Positions 50,342 through 60,105 of a stretch of 64,000 nt of DNA are shown piece after piece. Within the stretch, counting starts at the first letter, position 1; each line of letters opens with the position of its first letter. Below the pieces are notes generated by a model. It worked only from the letters and a program-made list of their open reading frames with translations. It made no database searches and was not told the DNA's origin. This stretch comes from an uncultured virus (IMG/VR IMGVR_UViG_3300046047_000046) (taxonomy: Duplodnaviria > Heunggongvirae > Uroviricota > Caudoviricetes > Crassvirales), in IMG/VR virus record IMGVR_UViG_3300046047_000046, positions 1-64,000 of that record; one strand, 5' to 3'. A program made the translations under genes and the position numbers.

Positions 50342-51385
50342 TTAATCAGCCCAATTAATAGTTATATCTGATGAAACAGCCTTAATCTTTTCTATAAGAG
50401 TGTCCATTGCACTTGTGCTAGTAGTTAAGGTATTAGCTTCTGTTACCAAAGTAATAGTCTTTTCAGACTTCTGCACTCCCTCATTACTTCCACTAGTATA
50501 ATAATGGATATCCATTATATCATACTCCTTAGTAGGGTCTACAAGATACTTTGTAGGTATTGTGTGAGGCCATCCTACATTTCTATAGATATCTCCTCTT
50601 TCACCCATGCAGAAGTATTCAAGGTCTGCAATCTTATGACCATTCTTTATAACTTCTGTAGAAGTTACATCTGTAGCCTTACCCCAAATTACCTCATCAC
50701 TATTATAAAGAACACTTGTAGGTACAAGAGTAAAGTAAACAGGAACTTGTTCCTTAATACCTAATACCCATTCCTGTGCTACTTCTGATATAGTGACATC
50801 AGTTGCTGTAGAAGCATCTATAGTAGCTCCAGTACTATCTATAAGAACATTCTTACTGTTAGCACTATCATATTTAACTCCTGCTACAACCTTACCTGCA
50901 ATTTCAAACTGAAGAAGAGTTACAAGTTCTCTACTGAAGTTCTTCCACAAGGAAATTGCAAGCTGCTCATAGAACTGTGCAGCTGTCATGCCTGTATAAG
51001 CATGAACAATACCATACTTGAAGTACTGATCCTCATCAGACATTCCTATATACTGTCTGAAAACTATTCTAAGAATATAATCCTGTCCTGCTATAGGAAG
51101 ACCACCATTGACACTAGCATCAAGTCCTACTTTCTGCTTCTTTAGTTTATACTGTTGCTTAGAACCTCTTTTGCAGGTTATTGTAGAGAAATTATCTATA
51201 CTAGGTATATTAATAAGATCACTCCTCATTAAATTTTCTACACCCTTATATTTAAAATATAAGTTTAAATTAGAAGAATCTGCTTTTGCAGCAATAGTTC
51301 CTGCTACATCAGTAGTTTTTACATCATCAGCTACTGCTGTAAATACATAGAGCTGTCTTACTTGATTTGTACTAAATGTTGCCAT
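50342..51385 (-). CDS. Auxiliary capsid protein
   Basis: MATFSTNQVRQLYV, IADLEYFCMGERGDIYR; synteny with crAss001-type phages. Confidence 0.75.
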   Translation of the reverse strand: MATFSTNQVRQLYVFTAVADDVKTTDVAGTIAAKADSSNLNLYFKYKGVENLMRSDLINIPSIDNFSTITCKRGSKQQYKLKKQKVGLDASVNGGLPIAGQDYILRIVFRQYIGMSDEDQYFKYGIVHAYTGMTAAQFYEQLAISLWKNFSRELVTLLQFEIAGKVVAGVKYDSANSKNVLIDSTGATIDASTATDVTISEVAQEWVLGIKEQVPVYFTLVPTSVLYNSDEVIWGKATDVTSTEVIKNGHKIADLEYFCMGERGDIYRNVGWPHTIPTKYLVDPTKEYDIMDIHYYTSGSNEGVQKSEKTITLVTEANTLTTSTSAMDTLIEKIKAVSSDITINWAD

Positions 51386-51409
51386 TTTAATTTAATATTA
51401 AATTACACA

Positions 51410-52111
51410 TTATCCTGCACTTGTATGAGTTCTGCTTAGTACAGCAAGTTTTACTGCTTTTTCTAATATCCCTCTGTGTAATGCAGAATTTAATTTACAC
51501 TCTGTTTCTTTGCTCACATTATTAATAGAAAGACCATCATTAAGAGTCTGTAATATTATAGGCTCTGGTCTTTCTATATATCTTACAAGATATGAGCTTA
51601 TATTATATTTTGAAATTAACTCTACTATATTATCACTTATGTCAAGTCTTAATACTTTATTCTTATTAGCCTCTCTAAAAGGATTTCTGCTTATTCTCCA
51701 ATAATCATCCTGTGTTACAGGTATCACTATTACTCTTTCACCATTAAGACATCCTAAAGAAGTATCATTAAGAACAACAGACTCATAAGTTATAAACCAT
51801 AGCTTATCTGGTAATTTATAAAATACAGAAGAATCTGATAAACCATTATATCCAGACTCCTTATCAGTTATAATATCCGTAATAACTAACTTCTCAAGGT
51901 ATCTTCTAAGCTCTTCTGTCTTTTCAAATGAATCATTGTAAGGATTCTTTCCATTATATAGTTCTACTACTATAGACTCCTGTGCCTTTGTAAGAAATAC
52001 AGATTTTTCATATTCATCAAATGCTGTACTATCCTGTATTCCCAAGTTCTGCTGTTGTAAGTAGGAACTTAAGAGTGTATCAAACTCATTTGAAAATTCT
52101 AAATTAGTCAT
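51410..52111 (-). CDS. Tail ring protein (paralog of 52123..52935)
   Basis: MTNLEFSNEFD...EYEKSVFLTKAQ...LHRGILEKAV. Confidence 0.78.
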   Translation of the reverse strand: MTNLEFSNEFDTLLSSYLQQQNLGIQDSTAFDEYEKSVFLTKAQESIVVELYNGKNPYNDSFEKTEELRRYLEKLVITDIITDKESGYNGLSDSSVFYKLPDKLWFITYESVVLNDTSLGCLNGERVIVIPVTQDDYWRISRNPFREANKNKVLRLDISDNIVELISKYNISSYLVRYIERPEPIILQTLNDGLSINNVSKETECKLNSALHRGILEKAVKLAVLSRTHTSAG

Positions 52112-52122
52112 ATTAATAAGTA

Positions 52123-52935
52123 TTATCTAGAAGATAGCATTCCTTTATCTGTTTCACTATTTACACCTAAGGCAATCTGAGAATTTAAGTCTCCTACATA
52201 AGCTGCCTTAGCTAGTTCCACTGCTCTTTGAAGAATCTCATGATGAAGAATAGTATCAAGTTCACAACTTTGCTCATCAGTTTCTCCATCATCCATAGTG
52301 ACATCATTACCTAAGTTTTGTAATATAATAGCCCTTGGCTTTCTTATATATCTTATAGTATATTGATGAATAATATCTATATTGTTTGCAAGAATTTCTA
52401 TATGTGTAGAATCCTCTGCATTATTTGCCTTAATTCTCCATGCCTGATTATGAAGAGGATAGGTAAAAGGTTTTGCCATTAACCTTGCATATTCTCTATA
52501 TTCTATAGGAATAACAGGAATCATTTTATCACTTATAGATGTACTACCTGAAGAACGTGATATTCTCACAAACTCATTAATAATCATCATAATCTTAAGA
52601 GGTACTCTTGTAGAGTCTGTACTACTCTTTACTTCTGTTAAATTAAAAACAGTTGCTCTTGAATCCAATTCAGGTCTTACAGAAGCATGACCATCCATTG
52701 CAGGAGTAAAATTAGCTGTTCTTATTATTGATGAAAAGTCTATTTGTCTTATTTCACTACCATCAAAGCCTTCTTGTGACTTATTCAGTTTTGGATTAAA
52801 ATATGACTTCACTATTTCATCTTGAGCTTTAGTCAAGAATACAGATTTTTCATATTCATTAATACCAGGAGCTTGATTACTTGTTATATTATTATATAGA
52901 ACATCAAACTCATTTGAAAATTCAGAGTTTGTCAT
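52123..52935 (-). CDS. Tail ring protein
   Basis: MTNSEFSNEFD...EYEKSVFLTKAQ...LHHEILQRAV. Confidence 0.78.
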   Translation of the reverse strand: MTNSEFSNEFDVLYNNITSNQAPGINEYEKSVFLTKAQDEIVKSYFNPKLNKSQEGFDGSEIRQIDFSSIIRTANFTPAMDGHASVRPELDSRATVFNLTEVKSSTDSTRVPLKIMMIINEFVRISRSSGSTSISDKMIPVIPIEYREYARLMAKPFTYPLHNQAWRIKANNAEDSTHIEILANNIDIIHQYTIRYIRKPRAIILQNLGNDVTMDDGETDEQSCELDTILHHEILQRAVELAKAAYVGDLNSQIALGVNSETDKGMLSSR

Positions 52936-52949
52936 ATTTTATTTTTTAA

Positions 52950-53996
52950 TTATTCTTTTGTTTTAGCCTCAAGCATAAACTTAAGTTCCTGATGCTTAGG
53001 AAGATTAAGATACCTTGCAGCTATATTTAATGTAGGCTCTTCATTATTTTCACATAGAGGAGTATTATCCTCTCTAAGATATAAGAAGTTTCCTCTATTG
53101 GAAATAAGTCCAGCTTCTATTGATTTCTTTATAAGAACCTTAGTATCAAGTAATGGGTCAGTAATTACTCTTAAGAAGTTCTTACTATTACTCTGTATAA
53201 GGTCATTTATTTTTGTTTTAAGGAACTCAATCTTAATTGTCTTTGATGTAGGTCTGCCATCTAAGGTTTCCACTATATGCCTAAGTACACTAATATTATC
53301 TTCAACTTTACCATACTCCTTATAGCACATCATAGTAGTACTCATATTTGAGTTAGCCATCTTTGTATCTTCTCCTTCTGCTATAATAACAAACTGATAT
53401 GTAGCTTTAGGAAAATCCTCCAAAGTCTTTAAAGACGGTGCTATAAAGTTTTTATTTGCAAGAAGAATCTTATATCTTATATAATCTTCAGGGTCTGCTA
53501 AATTAAGATAATTATCTCCTTTAGTAAGTCTTACAGAGTTTATGCCCTCTTCATTACTGTCATCCCAAAAGTTGTCTTTCTTCTTATAAATACTTAAAGC
53601 ATTATATTCAAGTCCCATTTTCTCTTCAAGGAAAGATTTTTCACTGTCTGTAAGTACATTAACAAGCATACCTGATGAGAGTCTTGGCACTACAAAAGTC
53701 TTTGAAGCTCCCTCTGCCATACCTCCAGAAAGTACATGCTTTGGGTTATTACCCCAGATTCCAGATAATTTAGGAATAAATCTTACTATTACTCTCTCAT
53801 TCCTTAGACAGTTTATTGTAGTTTCTACAGTACTATCTTCCTGTTTATTTTTAAGATTAGAAGAACTATGCTTGTCTGTGCTATTCTTCCTATTTCCCTT
53901 TTTTACTTCAATCATAGGAGTAGTGTTAACAGACTCCATGTCAAGTTCTGTGTGAGTATTCTTCTCTTGCTCACTAATATTTCTTTTATCTTCCAT
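52950..53996 (-). CDS. Conserved crAss-like protein downstream of the major capsid gene
   Basis: Synteny; LNLADPEDYIRYKIL. Confidence 0.7.
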   Translation of the reverse strand: MEDKRNISEQEKNTHTELDMESVNTTPMIEVKKGNRKNSTDKHSSSNLKNKQEDSTVETTINCLRNERVIVRFIPKLSGIWGNNPKHVLSGGMAEGASKTFVVPRLSSGMLVNVLTDSEKSFLEEKMGLEYNALSIYKKKDNFWDDSNEEGINSVRLTKGDNYLNLADPEDYIRYKILLANKNFIAPSLKTLEDFPKATYQFVIIAEGEDTKMANSNMSTTMMCYKEYGKVEDNISVLRHIVETLDGRPTSKTIKIEFLKTKINDLIQSNSKNFLRVITDPLLDTKVLIKKSIEAGLISNRGNFLYLREDNTPLCENNEEPTLNIAARYLNLPKHQELKFMLEAKTKE

Positions 53997-54013
53997 TTTT
54001 ATTTTCTCCTTTT

Positions 54014-54049
54014 AAAATTAAGGGAGAGAAAGAGTTAACCTCCTCTCCC
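54014..54049 (-). terminator. Terminator after the major capsid gene
   Basis: gggagag...ctctccc stem with an AT/T tract downstream on the minus strand. Confidence 0.7.
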
Positions 54050-54074
54050 ATAATTGTTTATATATTAATCTGCC

Positions 54075-55586
54075 TTATCCCTGCAATATTGCCGGAATTA
54101 TTGACATAGTTCTAGTAGGATCAAGTACACATATGCCCAAAGTAGCCATTCTATGGATAGTAGCACTATCTTCATCATATGACATATAAGGATTACCTAT
54201 CTGACCTGTGAATGGGTTTCTGATACCCCACTGATAGCCTCTATATTCATTCTGACCTTTAATCTTACATTTGAAGATGTTAGGCTGATCCATAGTACCC
54301 ATATACATAATATCATATCTATAAGACATAGCCACACCACCAAATGGTGAGAGTATCTTATTTCTTACAGGATCATCATAGAATGGGTCTACATCAATCT
54401 TAACTTTAACACCATTAGGTGCAATAAACTCTGTGAACTGGAATCCTGCACTAAGAGCATGATCATTAAGCTTAGATTGTGTTTTCTGGACTATATTCAG
54501 AGAACTATTATCAAGAACAAACTGAGTCCATCCACTCACAGTCTCAAGTACTTTCTTATGGAACTGAATAGCACCTCTTTCACCTGTCTTTACAATGAAT
54601 ACTCTATCACCAAAGTCAAGTTTAGCAGCACTGATTTCATATAGTGCATCTTCAAGCAACTTAAGAGAGAAGTTATTATAGTAAATAGTATTAGCTACCT
54701 CCATTTGCTCAAATAAACCAGCACCAGTCTTAATAGCACTTCCTGATTTACCAAAGTTCATGTATTCACCATTCTGATTTCTGTTACTTCTACCCCATGC
54801 AAGTGCATTATTCTTGTAGTCTGAGAACTGAGATTCAACCTCAAAATCTACATTGTGCATCCACATCTTAGCAACATCCTTAACATATCTTCCATTAGTT
54901 TCCTTAGTAATAGGGATACCAACTGCAAGTTTCTTATTAAGCATATTTCCTGGAACTTTATGCTGTATTCTAACTACAGACCATTCATTTCTCATAGATA
55001 CAGGAGAAGTAAATCTTACATCACCTACTTTTCTTGAGAGTTCCTTTTCAACAAATGCAGCCTCAATAGAGAATCTTTCACCTGCAAGTAATCTTTCAGC
55101 AGGACATCCAGTAGTATTACCTCCTGCAAGCTCTACCTTATATACTGCATTAGTTCCTTCCATTCTAGGTTCTCCAAGGACTCTAAACTGATAAAGTTCA
55201 TTAAGATTACCTACAATATATTCACCATCAGCAAACCAATCCTCACCAAATACCAAATAGAATGGTGCAGTACCTGCACCTACATTTGCACCAGTAGAAA
55301 CAACTACTGCGCCATTTTCATCTCTTGCTTCAATAAGAGGAATGTTTCTTCTTGAACTTCCAATAACATCCCAATAATATTCATTATCATCATCAAATTC
55401 TCTAGTAGGGAACTGATTCAAGAATGTATCAAGAGTCTTTCCTCTATAGTAAGCTAGCAACTGAACCATAAGGTCAGTAGCTTTTTGTGGTGCCTGCTGA
55501 AATATTGAACCTAAGTGGTTCTCTTTAGTCAAGCCTTTCCAATGCTGGAAACCCACCATTTGAAATCTACCTAATTTTCCTGCCAT
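54075..55586 (-). CDS. Major capsid protein (crAss type)
   Basis: 503 aa; MAGKLGRFQMVGFQHWKGLTKENHLGSIFQQAPQ, recognised as crAss001-like; IKTGAGLFEQ, VKTGERG. Confidence 0.93.
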   Translation of the reverse strand: MAGKLGRFQMVGFQHWKGLTKENHLGSIFQQAPQKATDLMVQLLAYYRGKTLDTFLNQFPTREFDDDNEYYWDVIGSSRRNIPLIEARDENGAVVVSTGANVGAGTAPFYLVFGEDWFADGEYIVGNLNELYQFRVLGEPRMEGTNAVYKVELAGGNTTGCPAERLLAGERFSIEAAFVEKELSRKVGDVRFTSPVSMRNEWSVVRIQHKVPGNMLNKKLAVGIPITKETNGRYVKDVAKMWMHNVDFEVESQFSDYKNNALAWGRSNRNQNGEYMNFGKSGSAIKTGAGLFEQMEVANTIYYNNFSLKLLEDALYEISAAKLDFGDRVFIVKTGERGAIQFHKKVLETVSGWTQFVLDNSSLNIVQKTQSKLNDHALSAGFQFTEFIAPNGVKVKIDVDPFYDDPVRNKILSPFGGVAMSYRYDIMYMGTMDQPNIFKCKIKGQNEYRGYQWGIRNPFTGQIGNPYMSYDEDSATIHRMATLGICVLDPTRTMSIIPAILQG

Positions 55587-55618
55587 AAAATAAAACTATT
55601 AAAAATTATTTTTATATT

Positions 55619-56803
55619 TTAAACATCTAATGTCCAACCTTTATTTATAATAGACTCTGAATCATCCCCTACACCACTTACAAATTTCAAATTTCCATCT
55701 GAGTCTCTTGAAGTATTATTAAGTGTGCTTTCTAATTCCTGTAGTCCTTTTCTAACTTCTTTCTTAACCTTACCATTAACAAGCTTATCTATGTTCTTAA
55801 AGCCATCTGTAAGAGTATAAACAAGACCTATATTTTTTATAAAATCAATTCTGTTATCCATTTCATACTTCTGAATAGCAGTATATAACTGACCTGTTTC
55901 AGGGTCTTTATATATAGGTTTAGAAATATTATCAAAAACTTTAGCTCTTGTTGGTTTATCTACTTCAATATCACCAAATACTTTATTATCTTCAAGGATT
56001 GATTTCTTAAGAGTTTCTGCTTGTTTATTTCTATCACTTATTTCTTCATCTTCTATCTCTTTGGCTTTATCTATAATGCTCTGATACTGTGTATTAAAGA
56101 ACTCTTTATTACTTGAAAGTGCCTCTCTTGCATCATCTATATCAGTTCCTGCATTTAATGATTTAGTTACTTCTCTTGAAGCCCTGTCTTTACTATATCC
56201 TCTATTAATAAAATCTTGAAATATCAGCTGCTTCCTAAGATTTTCACCATTAACTTCATCTGATATTTTATCATCTCCAATAGAATCTAAGTAAGAGATA
56301 GTGGATTCATATTTTTTAATATCATCAGATTCTACTCCTGCATTAAGAGCATTGTCAATTCTCTTTTGCTTTTCTGTAAGTCCTGCCTGTATTTGCTTAT
56401 CTACAAGTTCTCTAAATTCAGATGGCTTATTAATTTTTGAATATTCTTCTTCATTAAGGTCTGGGAAGATTCCTTCTTCTTTTAGAGCTTTAGCAATGGA
56501 AGAGTAGAAATTTTTAGGAGAAGTACTATCACCTTTATCAGGAGAAGTATCTTCCTTTCCCTCAATGTCTTCTTTTTCACTACCTACGCTCTCTGGTTTA
56601 TCAGTAAATAAATTGTCTACATCAATAACCTCAGTAGTTTTATCTTTATCTTTATCACCTGTATCATCAGGCTCTTTGTTATCTTCCTTATCTTCTTTAT
56701 CAGAAGTAGAAGACTCTTTAACATCATTATTACTTGGCTCTTCAAAGAGATTTTCAATCTCATTAGAGTCCAGTATGTTGTCAATACTTAATTCACCCTT
56801 CAT
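55619..56803 (-). CDS. Acidic scaffold-like protein upstream of the major capsid gene
   Basis: Acidic N-terminus, helical C-terminus, canonical position. Confidence 0.7.
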   Translation of the reverse strand: MKGELSIDNILDSNEIENLFEEPSNNDVKESSTSDKEDKEDNKEPDDTGDKDKDKTTEVIDVDNLFTDKPESVGSEKEDIEGKEDTSPDKGDSTSPKNFYSSIAKALKEEGIFPDLNEEEYSKINKPSEFRELVDKQIQAGLTEKQKRIDNALNAGVESDDIKKYESTISYLDSIGDDKISDEVNGENLRKQLIFQDFINRGYSKDRASREVTKSLNAGTDIDDAREALSSNKEFFNTQYQSIIDKAKEIEDEEISDRNKQAETLKKSILEDNKVFGDIEVDKPTRAKVFDNISKPIYKDPETGQLYTAIQKYEMDNRIDFIKNIGLVYTLTDGFKNIDKLVNGKVKKEVRKGLQELESTLNNTSRDSDGNLKFVSGVGDDSESIINKGWTLDV

Positions 56804-56832
56804 ATTAATTTCTCCTAAATTAAATTATTTAG

Positions 56833-56866
56833 TGCAAAGTTAAATGAAAGTAAGTCTATTTACAAT
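56833..56866 (-). promoter_or_regulatory. Bacteroidota-type promoter of the capsid operon
   Basis: ATTGTA, then TAACTTTGCA; 20 nt from TTG to the -7 box. Confidence 0.75.
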
Positions 56867-56913
56867 ATTTTAATTAAATTACTAAGATAAGTATTATAAA
56901 AGTATTTATACTT

Positions 56914-57018
56914 TTACTTCTTTTTGCTATTAGACTTTCCTTTAAGTTTCCCACCACAAGCAAACACTCTCTTCTTTACTGTAGTGGTACTCTTTTTACA
57001 GCATCCTTTGCCTTTCAT
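56914..57018 (-). CDS. 34-aa basic peptide (not in ORF track)
   Basis: MKGKGCCKKSTTTVKKRVFACGGKLKGKSNSKKK*; fills the gap after the DUF5675 gene. Confidence 0.65.
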   Translation of the reverse strand: MKGKGCCKKSTTTVKKRVFACGGKLKGKSNSKKK

Positions 57019-57035
57019 ACTCTATATAATTAGAA

Positions 57036-57485
57036 TTAAATAATTTCTATTGTCAGACTACTGGCTTCTAAAAGTCTTTGGTATAATCTTTTAAATGTGC
57101 TTTGACTATTAATTACCATACCCTTAACTTTATTTTCACCAACTAAAATACATCCATAGGTATCATCTGAAGTATTTCCAGGATGAATTAAAACACCATC
57201 AAATCCTATCACATTAAGAAGTCTTGGTATCTTACCATTGTATTGTGCTGCCCACTTTCTATTCTTAAACTTAGAGCTGACAATATTCATAGATACATTA
57301 TATACTCCAGTAGGTATAGCAGTCTTACCATAAACCTTTTTATCAGTAATCTCATTATATGACATTGTAGATGAAAGACCTCTATCAGTATCTTCAAGAG
57401 TGTCACAAAAGTATTCACCATCTATACTTAAACTTCCTATAGTATATTCACTTCCTTTATATCTTCTATTAAGTAGTAATTTCAT
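57036..57485 (-). CDS. DUF5675 family (L,D-transpeptidase-like), putative endolysin
   Basis: YTIGSL, CDTLED, TAIPTG, GVLIHPGN...GCILVG. Confidence 0.85.
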   Translation of the reverse strand: MKLLLNRRYKGSEYTIGSLSIDGEYFCDTLEDTDRGLSSTMSYNEITDKKVYGKTAIPTGVYNVSMNIVSSKFKNRKWAAQYNGKIPRLLNVIGFDGVLIHPGNTSDDTYGCILVGENKVKGMVINSQSTFKRLYQRLLEASSLTIEII

Positions 57486-57840
57486 TTAAATTCTCCTTAT
57501 TGTTGTTATTGCTAATGATAATATCCTCTGTAGCATTTATTAGATTATTGTCTTTCTTTCTTATCTGGCAAGTAAAGTCAACACAAATAGAACTCATTAA
57601 TTTAAACATCTGCTTTCTGATATTACTCACTTCTGCTTCAAGTAAAAGATTTCTTTTGAGCATATCATCAAGTCTTGTTTTATTATCATCAGAAAGCTTT
57701 TTATAAAACTCCAAAGAGTTCTGCATATTAGCTATTAATGAATCATCTACTTCACTATCATATTTTCTTCTTGTAAATAACCATGTTATAATGCTACTTA
57801 TAGCTGAGACTATAATACTTATTATTCCTGTACTAAGCAT
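57469..57840 (-). CDS. Putative holin
   Basis: N-terminal transmembrane helix plus coiled coil, adjacent to the lysin candidate. Confidence 0.55.
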   Translation of the reverse strand: MLSTGIISIIVSAISSIITWLFTRRKYDSEVDDSLIANMQNSLEFYKKLSDDNKTRLDDMLKRNLLLEAEVSNIRKQMFKLMSSICVDFTCQIRKKDNNLINATEDIIISNNNNKENLNEITT

Positions 57841-57880
57841 ACTTGATTGACTAATATTTTAAAGCTGTTCATACTATATA

Positions 57881-58486
57881 TTATTTTACTATTTCTATAA
57901 ACTTATTCTTATTACTCTGTATATATGGATTTTCTTCTACTACAGTAATCTCGGTAATAGTCTGCTTCTTCTGAAACCATCTTAAAAGAAAGAACTTTTT
58001 TGGTGGGTTCACTGTTTCTCTTCTATTATAGAATATTATATGCTTTTTACTTATAAAAGAAGGGCAAACTCTTATTGTATTAGGATAGGATATTCCTATT
58101 TTAATAGAATACCAATTATCACCTATTACAGTATCCTTATCTATTATATTACTTTTAAAGATAGTGTCCTTATATATAATAGTATCATTTTTTACTATAG
58201 TAGAGTTTAATGATTGAATACTTTTTATACTTTTATACTTTATATTATTCTTTTTTATAATACTTCTAAGGTTACTTACTATAGTGTCTTTTGAGTATTT
58301 TAAGTCACTTATTGTCATTTTAAATTCTCTATTAACATTATTAACAGAGTCTGCTTCAGCAATATATGCTTTATTATTAGCTATAGCTGTTTTCCAATTA
58401 TTAGTTGCAATAAGTCCTGTTCTATAGGATATACCTAGTAGTATTAAAAGAACTAAAATTATAATAATGAGTACATAATTTTTCAT
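57881..58486 (-). CDS. Putative spanin-like membrane protein
   Basis: N-terminal transmembrane helix, coiled coil, DT-rich beta region, KKFFLLRWF; lysis cluster. Confidence 0.55.
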   Translation of the reverse strand: MKNYVLIIIILVLLILLGISYRTGLIATNNWKTAIANNKAYIAEADSVNNVNREFKMTISDLKYSKDTIVSNLRSIIKKNNIKYKSIKSIQSLNSTIVKNDTIIYKDTIFKSNIIDKDTVIGDNWYSIKIGISYPNTIRVCPSFISKKHIIFYNRRETVNPPKKFFLLRWFQKKQTITEITVVEENPYIQSNKNKFIEIVK

Positions 58487-58503
58487 TCTGCTATAATTTT
58501 GGT

Positions 58504-58552
58504 TACAAAACTATAAAAAGTAAATCACCTATACAATAGTATAAGTGATTTA
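58504..58552 (-). promoter_or_regulatory. Lysis-cassette promoter overlapping a terminator-like hairpin
   Basis: ATTGTA (58537-58532), then TAGTTTTG (58513-58506); hairpin taaatcac-c-tatac / gtata-a-gtgattta. Confidence 0.68.
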
Positions 58553-58576
58553 TTAATGTTTTAATTTATATATTTA

Positions 58577-60103
58577 TTATGCCTCTATCCAACTTTGCTC
58601 AATAGCATATAAAGTACTTTTATAAATAGTTATATATTTATATGTTGTTCCATCATCAATGTCATATTCAGAATAGAAAGAAACAATAACTAATTGATCC
58701 CTCTTAAAATCTGCTATGTAGAAAGAAGTTGCTCCTTGTGTACTATTAGAATTATGACCTAAATTGTAGTATCTACTAACAATAGAACTTTTATCCTTAG
58801 TTACTATATTATTAAACACACAATCATCTTTTAAGAATAAGCTCTTAAGAGAAGCAAAAGTGTACTTAGTTCCTGAGTCAGCATTAGGGTCATCCTCAGT
58901 ATTTATAATAGATTCAGATATTGATGTACCACTTGCTGCATCTAATATAAATGATGGCATCTTATACACAAGCTTTATATCAATATTTTTATTACTGTCA
59001 ATATTTAACTGTGTACTATCAAGACTTATAGTTTTAATAGGAATATCTGGAATAAAAAGATTTTTTCTACTTACATTTACTGTAATAGAAGAAACAGTTT
59101 CTCCACTTGTAATATTAAAAGTAAGAGTCAAAAGAATATTATTTTTAAAGTCTGCTAAACAAATAGTAGAAATTTTACTAAATTTACTAGTATAGCTAAT
59201 AGTAGTAAAATACTCTATACTAGAGCCAGTAGAAGAGCCAATAATATATTTATAAATGCAATCAGGTATTTCAAATAATTGTAAGAATGTCTCTAATGTA
59301 TAATTAGCACCTGTACTTGAATTTGGATCTAAAGCTCCTGTAATAGTTGTAGAATCAAAAGAAGAACCATCTGCTGCATCTACTATAAAAGAAGGCAATT
59401 TATATACAGACTTAATATTAACATTTTTATTACTATCTATTTCTAATGCTTCATTATTAAAGCTTATAGTTTTAATAGGTGTATCAGTTATAGAAAGGGA
59501 CTTCTTTGTTATAGAAACTACAATGGAAGAAACTATTCCTCCAGAACTTGTAATATTAAAAGTAAGAGTTAAGTATGTATTACTTTTAAAATCAGCTAAT
59601 TCAAAAGTAGATACATTACCAGATTGTGTAGTCTTACCTATAGCATTAAAGTAACTTATTTCAGAGTTTGCCGAAGAGTTAAGAACATACTTATATAGGC
59701 AATTAGGAATATCAAATAATTGTAAAAATGTCTTTAGAGTATATTTACTACCAGTATCAGAATTTGGATCATATGCTGCTAAAATATCATCACTGCTAAA
59801 AGATGATCCATCAGTAGCTGTTGCTATAAATGATGGTAAAAAGTATATAGACTTTATATCAACTAAACCAGCAGAAGAAATTGCTTGACTATTTCCATCC
59901 AAAGCAATAGATTTTATAGTAGAATCTCCTCCTGCTCCTGAATAAATGTCATCTAATATAGAGTATAAAGACTTATCAGCAGTTATACTATGTGCTGAAT
60001 TTACATATCCATATACTGCTTTAGCATGAGTTACCGGATATATCTCTTCCTGACCTAAAGTTCCTATAAGTTCAGAACCTATTATTTTTCTTATTGTACC
60101 CAT
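58577..60103 (-). CDS. Fibre/decoration-like protein with three tandem repeats of about 147 aa
   Basis: IKxIxLD...IKxxYxxPSFI...DPN...G.xYT...ADFK occurs three times; N-terminal IYPVTHAKAV. Confidence 0.7.
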   Translation of the reverse strand: MGTIRKIIGSELIGTLGQEEIYPVTHAKAVYGYVNSAHSITADKSLYSILDDIYSGAGGDSTIKSIALDGNSQAISSAGLVDIKSIYFLPSFIATATDGSSFSSDDILAAYDPNSDTGSKYTLKTFLQLFDIPNCLYKYVLNSSANSEISYFNAIGKTTQSGNVSTFELADFKSNTYLTLTFNITSSGGIVSSIVVSITKKSLSITDTPIKTISFNNEALEIDSNKNVNIKSVYKLPSFIVDAADGSSFDSTTITGALDPNSSTGANYTLETFLQLFEIPDCIYKYIIGSSTGSSIEYFTTISYTSKFSKISTICLADFKNNILLTLTFNITSGETVSSITVNVSRKNLFIPDIPIKTISLDSTQLNIDSNKNIDIKLVYKMPSFILDAASGTSISESIINTEDDPNADSGTKYTFASLKSLFLKDDCVFNNIVTKDKSSIVSRYYNLGHNSNSTQGATSFYIADFKRDQLVIVSFYSEYDIDDGTTYKYITIYKSTLYAIEQSWIEA

Positions 60104-60105
60104 AA

